This document shows positions 1-9,693 of a stretch of 64,000 nt of DNA, piece by piece. Each line of letters opens with the position of its first letter. Position 1 is the first letter of the stretch. Location: NCBI GenBank assembly GCA_045631485.1, contig JAZQUU010000028.1, positions 241 to 64,240 on the forward strand, read 5' to 3'. Under the pieces are notes generated by a model. It saw only the letters and a list, made by a program, of their open reading frames with translations, had not been told where the DNA came from and made no database searches. Source of the stretch: Clostridia bacterium (GTDB taxonomy: Bacteria > Bacillota > Clostridia > UMGS1840). The position numbers were made by a program, and so were the translations under genes.

Positions 1-2
1 AT

Positions 3-1490
3 TGTGCAACACTGACTCCTGTAAAGAAAACTGTAACCGTAAAGAGTGATGAAGCAACCACAATCGGCAATATGTCCTTTATCAGAAGTGCAGCGAATGA
101 TAAAAAAGACAATGCAAGTGCATACGATGGAACCTATTCCAGCAATAACTGGGGTAGTGATGTAAGAACCGCGACCATGATGATTGAAGTGGAAGAAACA
201 GGAACCTATGCACTTGATATCAATGCAGTTACCGATTTGACACTTGGTGGTGCATCTCCCGTTAACTTCAGTGTTGATGGTGGAGAAAAGATTACTCTTA
301 CCGCTTCTAATGCAACTGTAACCGCATTGGAAAATCCTTGGAAAACATCCGATAACTGGACTGTAAAAAATATTGCGTACAATCAGGATTTATTACTGGA
401 AGAAGGTAGCCACACAATCACATTTGAATTCCCGAAAAGAAGTGCAGGAGATGTAGTAATCTATGCATTTGATTGTGCAACTCTGACTCCTACCAACAAT
501 ATGTTTACCATCACAGGGGAAGATATCGAAACCCTCGGTAACTCATCCTTTACTTGGAGCTATGTATCTCATGGTAAAAGTGCAAACGCATTTGACGGAA
601 CATATACCAAAGTGGAAGGTGCGGGCTTAACCATTACTGCTACAAGCAAATTCTATGTAGCAAAAGCAGGTGAATATGACCTGGAAGTTTATGCTGCATC
701 CAGCATCACCAACATCAATTTATCAAATCTTGAATATCAAATTGATGAAGGTGAATCTACCACAATCAATACTGCTAATGCTACTGTTAGAGAATTGAGC
801 AATCCCTGCAGAACAGATGCTCCCTGGACAGTAAAAGGAATTAAATTGAATGACAAAATCTCTTTGGATGAAGGGCTTCATACAATTACATTTACAGTTC
901 CGAAGAATTCTAACGGAAGAACTGAAGCATATTTTGTATTTGATTGTGTAAACTTCATTCCTGAAATGGAAGACATTCAGGGAATCGAAGCAGAAGTTAG
1001 CGACTACACCTTAGCAGTAGGTGAAATTGTTGAGGTTGCTGTTACCGATACCGAAGGCAACTTAATGGAAGACGCAACCATTACTTCAGCAGACAGTAGC
1101 GTGGTATCTGTTGGTGCGGACAAAAAGTTAACAGCTGTAGGCGTTGGTAGAACTGAAATTACCGTTTCCGCAAGAAAGAACGAATATCTGCCTGAACATA
1201 CAACATCATTTGATATTTATGTAGGTAACAATGGTATTTATGTGACTTCTGTAGCGATTAACGCAGGTACAGTTGCAACAACCTTTGAACTGGACGGAGT
1301 TGATGCATCAGCTGTTGATGTATTCGTTGCAGTTTACGACAATACAGAAACAAAACTCCTTGCAGTAGATAGCAAAGCTATTGTAAATGGCACATGTTCA
1401 CTGGCTGTAGGTGAGTCTGAAGGAAAAACAGTATTATTCGTATGGGAAAAAGGAACCATTAGTCCTCTTTATATGGAAGAAATTAGATAG
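3..1490 (+). CDS. Secreted non-catalytic repeat protein (5'-partial): tandem CBM6/CBM35-like beta-sandwich modules, an Ig-like (Big_2-type) domain and a C-terminal FVW...PL domain
   Basis: The frame is open from position 3 (CATLTPVKK...) into the listed ORF at 72, so the gene starts left of the window. Modules end in 'L.EG.HTI.F...FDC..L.P'. Paralogous to 4354..6447. Confidence 0.8.
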   Translation, partial: CATLTPVKKTVTVKSDEATTIGNMSFIRSAANDKKDNASAYDGTYSSNNWGSDVRTATMMIEVEETGTYALDINAVTDLTLGGASPVNFSVDGGEKITLTASNATVTALENPWKTSDNWTVKNIAYNQDLLLEEGSHTITFEFPKRSAGDVVIYAFDCATLTPTNNMFTITGEDIETLGNSSFTWSYVSHGKSANAFDGTYTKVEGAGLTITATSKFYVAKAGEYDLEVYAASSITNINLSNLEYQIDEGESTTINTANATVRELSNPCRTDAPWTVKGIKLNDKISLDEGLHTITFTVPKNSNGRTEAYFVFDCVNFIPEMEDIQGIEAEVSDYTLAVGEIVEVAVTDTEGNLMEDATITSADSSVVSVGADKKLTAVGVGRTEITVSARKNEYLPEHTTSFDIYVGNNGIYVTSVAINAGTVATTFELDGVDASAVDVFVAVYDNTETKLLAVDSKAIVNGTCSLAVGESEGKTVLFVWEKGTISPLYMEEIR

Positions 1491-1503
1491 TAACTAAGGG
1501 AAA

Positions 1504-1559
1504 AAGCGTGTTTTGTCCTTTAAGTGTATTGATACTTTTATAAGGAGCAAAACACGCTT
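1504..1559. promoter_or_regulatory. Long intergenic stem-loop inside the surface operon
   Basis: AAGCGTGTTTTG (1504-1515) and CAAAACACGCTT (1548-1559) form a perfect 12-bp inverted repeat, extended by TCCTT/AAGGA. No clean U-tract follows. Confidence 0.6.
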
Positions 1560-1592
1560 GTTCCGTCGTTTAGAAATTGGGGAGGTGCAGTT

Positions 1593-4337
1593 ATGAGGAA
1601 AATTTTTATTTCTATGGCTGTTATCATTTTGGCAATAATTTCACTTTTTGCAGTCAGCGTAAATGCGGCAGTTACGGAAGTGAAAAATATAGAAAATGTG
1701 GGAATATATACAGCAACTGAAAATGTAGGCTTCGAAGTTACGAGAGATAATGCAGGTGAAGAATATATTGCTTTTAAGGTATATGATATTGATGGGAACC
1801 TGATAAAAGAAAGTAGATTCACTGCGAAGCAACAAAAACAAAAATTTTCCCTCGGATATTTTAAAAATGGTTGGTATCGTGTGAAAATATTCGTAAATGA
1901 TCAGGAAGAGAATATTTTTGCATCTTTTTCAGTTGTTGATGAAAGAGATGGATTTTACTATGATTCACCCTTTGCGATTATGCACCTTGGACGATTGGTA
2001 GGTAGCAGCAAGGATACAGCTTATGCTGAGGCTTTGGCAAAATTGTCGGTAGGGACTGTTCGTACCGATGAGATTGCAGATATTCATATGAGTGCTCGTC
2101 CTTACGAAAAATACAATACCAATCTCACTAATGTTGGAATCAGACCCATGGCAACGGTATCCACGAACTATACTTATCCCAACTCAACAACCACAGGAAA
2201 CGTGGGTGGATTTACCGAGCTTTTTGATGTTTATGATGTGCATAAAACCATGGTGAAAGCATATAACGGGAAAGTTCCATATTGGGAACTGATCAATGAG
2301 CCGGATATCAATAAATCTGTAAGTGCAGATGCTTTTGCATCTTGGTATAAAGCAGCCGCAATTGGTATCAGTGATGCTCAGCCGAGTGCGATGAAATCAT
2401 TTGGTGGTTTATGCGTCACAAATTCTCAGTATTTCGATATTATTATGCAAAATGGTATTATGGATTATTCCGATACCATCAATGTTCATAGTCATGCAAC
2501 AGACAGTGCTGACGGAATCAATTACAACGGAACCTTAGCAGAGATGGGCAAGGTGTATTCTGCATTGTACGCTGATAATGCTCCGTTGTGGAGTACTGAG
2601 TCAGGTGTTAGAATGACTGTTGTTGATGGAACGAACGAGCTTCCTTCAGAGGAATCATTAAGAAGACAGGCAAGATATATGATCACTTCATTTATGGAGA
2701 CTGTCGGTGAATATGGTATTAACAAGAATTTTTGGTTTTTAACCTCTCATTATGTATCTGAAGGCCCTGAGTACGGAACATTCAGTAAAAATGATATGCC
2801 GTATCCTGCAATCAACAGTTTGAATGTTTTGACTGATAACTTAAAAGATGGAAAATTATTAGGTCGTTTGAATGGCGTTGAAGATACCAAAGGATACTTT
2901 TTTGATTGTGGAGATTATGATGCAGCAGTTATCTGGAGAACCAAAGAAGGTAGAAAGAATATCCAGTTACATGCAAATGATAATGTTACAATCGTGGGAC
3001 TTGTAGGAAATGCGAATACCAAGGTGTATTCTCCTTCCACAGGCAGAGTAAGTTTTTATGTAACCGAAGATCCGATTCTGGTAAGATTTTCTCAAAAAGC
3101 AGATTGTGAAGATTATGTTAAAACTGCATTCGAGACCAGATTACCGGTTGCACACCCGTATACCGATACTGCAGAACGTGTAGTATTGCAACAGATATGG
3201 GATCCGAAACCGGATATTTACAATGGAGTGTATTCCTTAAAAAATAATACTGTGTATACAGTAAGATGCAGAATATATAACTTTAATGATAATACAGTAG
3301 ATGGAACTTTTGGATTCCGTAACAGTGATGGAATCATTGTTTCAGGGGAAACAACAGGTGCTTTTAGTGTAGCAGGTAATTCTTATGTTGAAGAAGAAAT
3401 TACAGTGGAAGTATCAAATAACGGAACCAATTTTTCCTTTGAAAACCTAGAATTTTACGCAGAGACTAGGGCAGGATGTGAAATTGCACCAAGTATAAGC
3501 CAAGTGCGTATACAAAATGAGCAAAATACCAGCGGAGCAGATATTACCGTTATTGAAGATGCGAACTATTATTCCAGTTCCAGACAAGGAGATTACTATA
3601 GTTCACAGGTTTCTCCCAGCACAAGCAACAGTTGGATAGGTAATAGCGTGAAATATTCGGTAAGAAATTTGAAAAATTCTGATGTTCCTGCGCAATTATA
3701 TATTTATCAGTCGAACTTGACTGTTAATTCTGATAGTGAAGGTATGTATTTCAAATTTAATTGTGATACGTTCCCTTCTTCTTTCGAAAAAGCATATTTC
3801 GATGTTATGGTTTTTGGTGATGAAGGTTCGTTCTATGCAAATAACCTGTTCGAATTTAATTCTTCTACCAAAAATAAAAATGTTTTTATCCCTTGGAGTG
3901 CATTTGTTCATTCCGGTGGAAATGTGGGTATTACAGATCCGTCTAAAATCAATAGGTTTGGTTTCGGCTTTGATTTAAGCAGCTCCACAGGATATAGTTT
4001 GGCTTTTACCATCAGCGATATGGGCACCTATAAGTCTCAGGTTGCAACAAACACCACAACACTTATTAATGTTTCGGGAATTGCAGATGGTGAGGAATAC
4101 AGATTAAAGGATGCAAAAGTAGAAATCGAATCTTATGATCCCGAGAATACTGAAATCTATGTGAATTATGAGAAAATAGAGTGTGATGCCGATGAAAGCG
4201 GCGTATACAAGTTGGATTTTTCAGAATACGAACCTGGAGATTACAGTTTGATTGTGGCTGTATCCGATGAATTTAACAAAAAGAATTATAAGAAGATAGA
4301 TTTTAGTCTTATGCAGGATCTGATATATTTCAGATAG
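1593..4337 (+). CDS. Secreted clan GH-A (GH39/GH5-like) glycoside hydrolase with accessory beta-sandwich and Ig-like domains
   Basis: Signal peptide; putative acid/base motif WELINEPD and nucleophile motif LWSTESG; RBS GGGAGG. Paralog of 6444..9677. Confidence 0.7.
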   Translation: MRKIFISMAVIILAIISLFAVSVNAAVTEVKNIENVGIYTATENVGFEVTRDNAGEEYIAFKVYDIDGNLIKESRFTAKQQKQKFSLGYFKNGWYRVKIFVNDQEENIFASFSVVDERDGFYYDSPFAIMHLGRLVGSSKDTAYAEALAKLSVGTVRTDEIADIHMSARPYEKYNTNLTNVGIRPMATVSTNYTYPNSTTTGNVGGFTELFDVYDVHKTMVKAYNGKVPYWELINEPDINKSVSADAFASWYKAAAIGISDAQPSAMKSFGGLCVTNSQYFDIIMQNGIMDYSDTINVHSHATDSADGINYNGTLAEMGKVYSALYADNAPLWSTESGVRMTVVDGTNELPSEESLRRQARYMITSFMETVGEYGINKNFWFLTSHYVSEGPEYGTFSKNDMPYPAINSLNVLTDNLKDGKLLGRLNGVEDTKGYFFDCGDYDAAVIWRTKEGRKNIQLHANDNVTIVGLVGNANTKVYSPSTGRVSFYVTEDPILVRFSQKADCEDYVKTAFETRLPVAHPYTDTAERVVLQQIWDPKPDIYNGVYSLKNNTVYTVRCRIYNFNDNTVDGTFGFRNSDGIIVSGETTGAFSVAGNSYVEEEITVEVSNNGTNFSFENLEFYAETRAGCEIAPSISQVRIQNEQNTSGADITVIEDANYYSSSRQGDYYSSQVSPSTSNSWIGNSVKYSVRNLKNSDVPAQLYIYQSNLTVNSDSEGMYFKFNCDTFPSSFEKAYFDVMVFGDEGSFYANNLFEFNSSTKNKNVFIPWSAFVHSGGNVGITDPSKINRFGFGFDLSSSTGYSLAFTISDMGTYKSQVATNTTTLINVSGIADGEEYRLKDAKVEIESYDPENTEIYVNYEKIECDADESGVYKLDFSEYEPGDYSLIVAVSDEFNKKNYKKIDFSLMQDLIYFR

Positions 4338-4353
4338 AATGTGAGAGGATTTT

Positions 4354-6447
4354 ATGATGAACATAGCCAAAAAACTGTTAAGTATTTTGATGGCGTTGAC
4401 GATGATGTCATCAATGCTTGTTGTTTCAATCTATGCTGATGATACTTATGATACTGTAAGTGGTAGTGCTACTACAGTTTTCGGCAATTTATCGTTCGTA
4501 AGAAGTGCGGGAAACGATAAAAAAGATGATGCAAACGCATATGATGGTACCTATTCCAGCTGTAACTGGGGTGGTTCCATCCGAACATTGAGCAAGACCT
4601 TCTATGTGGAAAGAGAAGGAACATATGCACTGTCCTTCAATGCAGTTACAGATTTGACGTTGGATGGTGCATCACCAATGAAATTCAGCATTGATGGTGA
4701 AGAATATGTTACAATGGACAGATCAAATTCAAACGTAACAGCGTTGAAAAATCCGTGGACATCAGTAGATGGATGGACTGTGAAGAATGTTGCATACAAT
4801 GGTGAGTTTGTATTTGAAGAAGGACTTCATACATTAGAAATTGAAATTCCGAAACGAAGCAGTGGCGACGTTGTAATCTATGTATTTGATTGTGCAACGA
4901 TTACGCCGACAAATAATATTCTGACAATTGCAGGCGATAGCCCTACAACAATTGGTAATTCAGCTTTTCAATGGAATGAAACGAACGATAAGAAGAACAA
5001 CGCAAGTGCATACGATGGAACTTATTCCAGCAGTAACTGGGGTAGTGCGGTAAGAACAGCAACAGTTTCTTTTTATGTTGAAACAGAGCAAAGATATTCA
5101 TTTGATATCAATGGGGTTTTTGATTTAACCCTTAGTGGTGCATCACCTGTGAAGTTCAGTATTGACGAAGGTCAAATGATTACTCTGACGAGCTCAAATG
5201 CTACCGTGTCGAACTTAACTACTCCGTGGCAGACAAACGTTGATGGTTGGACTGTAAAAAATATTGCTTATCACGGTGATTTTATGTTGGAGGAAGGTCT
5301 TCATACTCTAACATTTGAAATTCCGAAACGAAGCAGTAACGACGTTGTAATCTATGTATTTGATTGCGTAACGATTACGCCTCCTGCGCCCAATCAGATT
5401 ATTACAGACGAGAATAATGTGCTTGAATTCGAAAGATATTATCCGTCAAAAGCTGTTGTGAGTGATGGTGCAAGTGGTGGAGAAGTTGTAGATTTTCTGC
5501 AATACAGTGCAACAGAACGTTGTATTGAAATGATTTTTGATGTGGAAACAGCAGGCGAATATCTACTTGTAATGGATGCATCTTTAGAGCAGGGGGTTTC
5601 CAGTTTCCAGGATAATCTTAGTCCTGCATTTATTTCGGTAAATGGTGGCGAAGAAATCGAAATCAGCCATAATCAGCAGGGTAATTTTACCATTACTGCA
5701 GACGCTACCTATGAAAGTCCCAACGGCTGGAGTCCATCCAGAATTACTTTGGCAAGAAAGTTTGATTTGGTAGAGGGCGAAAATTCCATAACTGTTCGAG
5801 TTGCAGCAAGAAGAGGCGGAGATATGGTCGTTGGAACATTCGACTGTATCAAACTGGTAAGAAATAAAGTAATCGAAAGTATCACACAGGATATGGGAAA
5901 TGGGCTCATCACAAGAGGAGAAACTATCCCTGTCAGAATGAAAAATCAGAACAACGAGACAGTGAATCCCGAAGATTTTTCGCAAATCACATATACCTTT
6001 ACAGATGATAATATCGCTGAGGTTCAAAACGGGGTATTATTGGCTAAGAACTACGGAAAAACAACCCTGACCATCACTGCGGTATCCAACGGTATCGCTT
6101 TGGAAGCGGAGTATGATATTTGTGTTGTTTCTGAAAAAGGAATTTGGATTGATTCTGTAGAAAAGACGGAATCCGGCGTAAAAATCAATGTTTCTGCTAT
6201 GCAAAGTTATAGTGGTGGAGATCAGTTACTGGTTGGAGTTTATGGACAAAGAGAAGGTAGAGTTACGTCTTTGAAGACAATTGCTACCGCCGCAACGTTG
6301 GCGATGGAAGCTATGGACGATAGGGAAGTGGAAATTTCTGTATCCGATGTTGAAGAGAATGACGTAATCAGAGTATTTCTCATAGATGCCGACAATTCCA
6401 TGCGTGCTATTTATACAAAGTATACTTTAGGAGGTGTTGATGAATGA
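4354..6447 (+). CDS. Secreted non-catalytic repeat protein: two ~158-aa modules, a third beta-sandwich, an Ig-like domain and a C-terminal domain
   Basis: Signal peptide; internal repeat with 474-nt period; strong similarity to 3..1490. Confidence 0.8.
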   Translation: MMNIAKKLLSILMALTMMSSMLVVSIYADDTYDTVSGSATTVFGNLSFVRSAGNDKKDDANAYDGTYSSCNWGGSIRTLSKTFYVEREGTYALSFNAVTDLTLDGASPMKFSIDGEEYVTMDRSNSNVTALKNPWTSVDGWTVKNVAYNGEFVFEEGLHTLEIEIPKRSSGDVVIYVFDCATITPTNNILTIAGDSPTTIGNSAFQWNETNDKKNNASAYDGTYSSSNWGSAVRTATVSFYVETEQRYSFDINGVFDLTLSGASPVKFSIDEGQMITLTSSNATVSNLTTPWQTNVDGWTVKNIAYHGDFMLEEGLHTLTFEIPKRSSNDVVIYVFDCVTITPPAPNQIITDENNVLEFERYYPSKAVVSDGASGGEVVDFLQYSATERCIEMIFDVETAGEYLLVMDASLEQGVSSFQDNLSPAFISVNGGEEIEISHNQQGNFTITADATYESPNGWSPSRITLARKFDLVEGENSITVRVAARRGGDMVVGTFDCIKLVRNKVIESITQDMGNGLITRGETIPVRMKNQNNETVNPEDFSQITYTFTDDNIAEVQNGVLLAKNYGKTTLTITAVSNGIALEAEYDICVVSEKGIWIDSVEKTESGVKINVSAMQSYSGGDQLLVGVYGQREGRVTSLKTIATAATLAMEAMDDREVEISVSDVEENDVIRVFLIDADNSMRAIYTKYTLGGVDE

Positions 6448-9400
6448 AGAGAATAATCTGTTTGATTCTTGTGTTTTGCATGATGCTCGCAATGTGTATA
6501 ACATCACACGCAGAAGATGAGATTGTGATTAGAGTAGAAGCAGAGAAATATTCATCAGCAACCGTTAAGGGTGGTATCTACGAGGATTCCGGGCTCAGTG
6601 AAGGAAAAACAGTTGGTTTTAACTGGGCTGCTCCCAAGGACGAAGATTACGTGTATGAATATCTGATTGATGTTCCGAAAACAGGAGTGTATGCAATTAC
6701 TGCAGGTGGTACAGAGAGAGGCTTGTCTAACACAACAGACTGGTCTGTATATGTGAATACACCGGATAACGCTCCCAGCTCTTATGTGAAAGATGGAAAC
6801 ATCAGTACAGCAAAATTGCTTCCGAGCGTATTTAAAACTTATTCTCTTGGAGAAATGAAATTAAAAAAGGGAATCAATAAACTGTACATTTCAATCAATA
6901 AAAATGACGTACAGCAAGACGGCGTGCTCATTAGTATGGTTGACTATGTGCAGTTGAAAATGAACCCCAATGCTTCATTTAAAGTCCAAACAGTTCGGTT
7001 TAAGGATAATTTTTTGGGCGTTTATGAAAATGGAACTAATGTTGAACTCAAGTTTGAATTTAACACCATAGCAGACAAAGAGAAAAAATTTAGTTTCGAA
7101 ATTGTTGACTTATGGGGCAGAAATGTAGTAGATGGTGTGTTCAGCGTAAGAAAAGGTGTTGATGAAGCAGTTCTGAATCTGGGTAAATTTCAAAATGGAT
7201 GGTACAGAATATACTTGAAAGATGAAAATAACACCGAAGTAACAAAATACCTTGCGTTTTCTGTGGTGCATCCGTTAAGCGACAGAACAGTTTTTGAAGA
7301 TACCTCTTGGGCAAGTGATATTGCGATTGAATATTCAGGACAGGCTTCTGCTCATGTGGATGATTATGCAAGAGCATTAAAACTTGCAGGATTAAATTAT
7401 GCCAGAACCAGAGGTTCTGCAGACCTTTCAGACAGTTATCCTGTGAAGGAAGCTTTGCACCAGCACGGAATCAACGAAACAGTTATGCACGATGTATCTG
7501 CTTCTATGCATGGGGTGTCAGCAAATGTGCCTCAAAGCTATATGATGATAGATGACCTGAGTAAGATTGCATACACCAGATGGAAAAATATCGCTAATGT
7601 AACAGCAGATTATGTTGAGGCGATAGAAGTGCTTAACGAAGGTGATATCGGTTTTGACGGAATTGCCGGAACAGGAGATTTACAAGCGTCCTATTTCAAA
7701 GCGGCAATGATTGGTATTTCGGATGCGAAGGTGAATCCCATTAAATCATATGCCGGATTTGCTTCTTGGACAAACTTTACGTTGACAAACACCCTTGAGA
7801 ATGACATTTTAAGCTATTCTGATATCTATAACTATCATCAGCATGGTGAAGTTGAACAGCGTACAGCTTTTGCGAAACAGTATTCCATTGCATATCAGAA
7901 GCCGGGCGAAAAACTGCTTCCTTTATGGGCAACTGAAAATGGTTTTTCACAAAATGTAGATGATAAGTCCGTGGTAAAAGACTTAAAAGGCGGAGTTCGT
8001 CATTCTATCATTTCGGCTGTAACTGCAATGAAAACCGGCACAACCAAAAACTTTTATTTCCTCACAAGGCCATATATCGAAAACAACAATAATTTTAGTT
8101 GTTGGCATGTAGATCATCTTCCTTTCCCGATGTATTCTGCTATTTCCACTTATACTTATGAGTTAGGGCAGGGTACCTATAAAGGGATTTTAGACAATAT
8201 CCCAGAGGGCGTAGAAGCATACTTGTTTGATAACGGTGAAGGTGATGATGTAATCTGTGTTTGGTCAGACCATCAGAATTACATCACCATTGATGTAACG
8301 GAACTGAAGTATGTAGATATGGTAGGTTACGAGCAAGTGATGAAGGATACTGATGGAGACGGCAAAATCAAAGTTTCCGTGTCAGAGGATCCGATTATCT
8401 TACATCTTAACGGAAGATATAGCGAAGATAAGTATTATAAACAAGAGTATGGAATCGAAAAAATCGAACAAAAGGTTTACCAGCCATACGAACGAATTGT
8501 TCTTCAGCAGTTATGGGATGAAGAACGATACAAAAATCCTACAGAGCTGAAATTTGCAAGAGAAGAAGGCTATTTGATGGAAAAAGGTGAAAGCGAAACA
8601 GTTCGTCTGAACATTTATAATTTTAACGATCAGCGAATGAGCGGAACCATAAAAACTGTAACCAATGGGCCTATTGTGCTCGATAAAGATTCATCGGAAT
8701 TTAGCATTGAACCCTGGGGACACTCACAGATAGCTTTTACATTTACAGTTCCCGAGGATGCTACTGAAGGCGCTCTGTATAACTTGAAATTCTTCGGTGT
8801 TACATCGGAAGGAAACGACATTTCTCACACATCAGCCAGATATAAAATCAAAGTGCAAGACAGAGTGATTGATGAGAAAGATATGATTTTTATGACTGAT
8901 GCAGTGAGAGCAGAGAAGTGGGATCCGGCAAACAGAGCAGCGGGATCCACAGTGAAAATCGTTAACAATCAAGAAGATAAGGTAACTTTTTGGGTTCAGT
9001 ATAATGGTGACAACTGGGCATTCCCGTTCTATTATCTGAGCGAAGAAGATAAAAAAGTTATGATCACAAGTTCAGGGATTGTTTTCGATAGAGAGTGTAC
9101 AGAGGATGTAGGTTATAAAACTTCTGTGTTCTTGTATACAGCAGATGGTAGAAATTATTATAGCGGTACAGACTCGGCAGTTTCGTACACGATTGACAAA
9201 AAACAGTTGATCTTCCCGTGGTCTGATTTCGACTTGTATCATTCACCGCTTGGCGCCTTTGAAAACAGACCTTTCAGACTGGAAGACATTACCCATATTT
9301 CTATTGGGAATAGTGGTGGTCGATTAAGCGGGCCTATGCCGGAAGTTACACTTTCAAAAGTTGCATTCTTCAATTCAGACAATCCATCTGATAAAATTCA

Positions 9401-9677
9401 GGAAGAAAAGAGTGCAGAAGTGACAGGGATAGAGGATGGAAAGCATTATCCGAAAGATACACAATTTTCTATCAATGCAAAAATCCCTGAAAAAGAGGTA
9501 ATAGAAGGCATGAGATTGGTGATCAATGACACCGAATATTTCGACTTTGAGCAGGGTGATACTTCGGTAACTGCCAAAATCGGAACACTTGAACGTGGTA
9601 AATATAATCTCTACTTCAGTTTCAGGAATAATGTTGGTAGCGTTTTTGTGAGAACAATTACCTTTTATGTAGATTAA
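6444..9677 (+). CDS. Secreted clan GH-A (GH39/GH5-like) glycoside hydrolase with an extra N-terminal CBM6/35-like module
   Basis: Signal peptide; IEVLNEGD and LWATENG motifs; shares GWYR..., ERIVLQQ.WD and FIPWS/IFPWS blocks with 1593..4337; ATGA overlap with the upstream gene. Confidence 0.7.
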   Translation: MKRIICLILVFCMMLAMCITSHAEDEIVIRVEAEKYSSATVKGGIYEDSGLSEGKTVGFNWAAPKDEDYVYEYLIDVPKTGVYAITAGGTERGLSNTTDWSVYVNTPDNAPSSYVKDGNISTAKLLPSVFKTYSLGEMKLKKGINKLYISINKNDVQQDGVLISMVDYVQLKMNPNASFKVQTVRFKDNFLGVYENGTNVELKFEFNTIADKEKKFSFEIVDLWGRNVVDGVFSVRKGVDEAVLNLGKFQNGWYRIYLKDENNTEVTKYLAFSVVHPLSDRTVFEDTSWASDIAIEYSGQASAHVDDYARALKLAGLNYARTRGSADLSDSYPVKEALHQHGINETVMHDVSASMHGVSANVPQSYMMIDDLSKIAYTRWKNIANVTADYVEAIEVLNEGDIGFDGIAGTGDLQASYFKAAMIGISDAKVNPIKSYAGFASWTNFTLTNTLENDILSYSDIYNYHQHGEVEQRTAFAKQYSIAYQKPGEKLLPLWATENGFSQNVDDKSVVKDLKGGVRHSIISAVTAMKTGTTKNFYFLTRPYIENNNNFSCWHVDHLPFPMYSAISTYTYELGQGTYKGILDNIPEGVEAYLFDNGEGDDVICVWSDHQNYITIDVTELKYVDMVGYEQVMKDTDGDGKIKVSVSEDPIILHLNGRYSEDKYYKQEYGIEKIEQKVYQPYERIVLQQLWDEERYKNPTELKFAREEGYLMEKGESETVRLNIYNFNDQRMSGTIKTVTNGPIVLDKDSSEFSIEPWGHSQIAFTFTVPEDATEGALYNLKFFGVTSEGNDISHTSARYKIKVQDRVIDEKDMIFMTDAVRAEKWDPANRAAGSTVKIVNNQEDKVTFWVQYNGDNWAFPFYYLSEEDKKVMITSSGIVFDRECTEDVGYKTSVFLYTADGRNYYSGTDSAVSYTIDKKQLIFPWSDFDLYHSPLGAFENRPFRLEDITHISIGNSGGRLSGPMPEVTLSKVAFFNSDNPSDKIQEEKSAEVTGIEDGKHYPKDTQFSINAKIPEKEVIEGMRLVINDTEYFDFEQGDTSVTAKIGTLERGKYNLYFSFRNNVGSVFVRTITFYVD

Positions 9678-9693
9678 ATATAAGGAGGAAAGT

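Noticed and set aside
8346-8369. Dockerin or EF-hand-like DTDGDGKI in the second hydrolase
   Set aside because: It is a single loop in mid-protein, not the duplicated motif of dockerins, and no cohesin-like scaffoldin was recognised.
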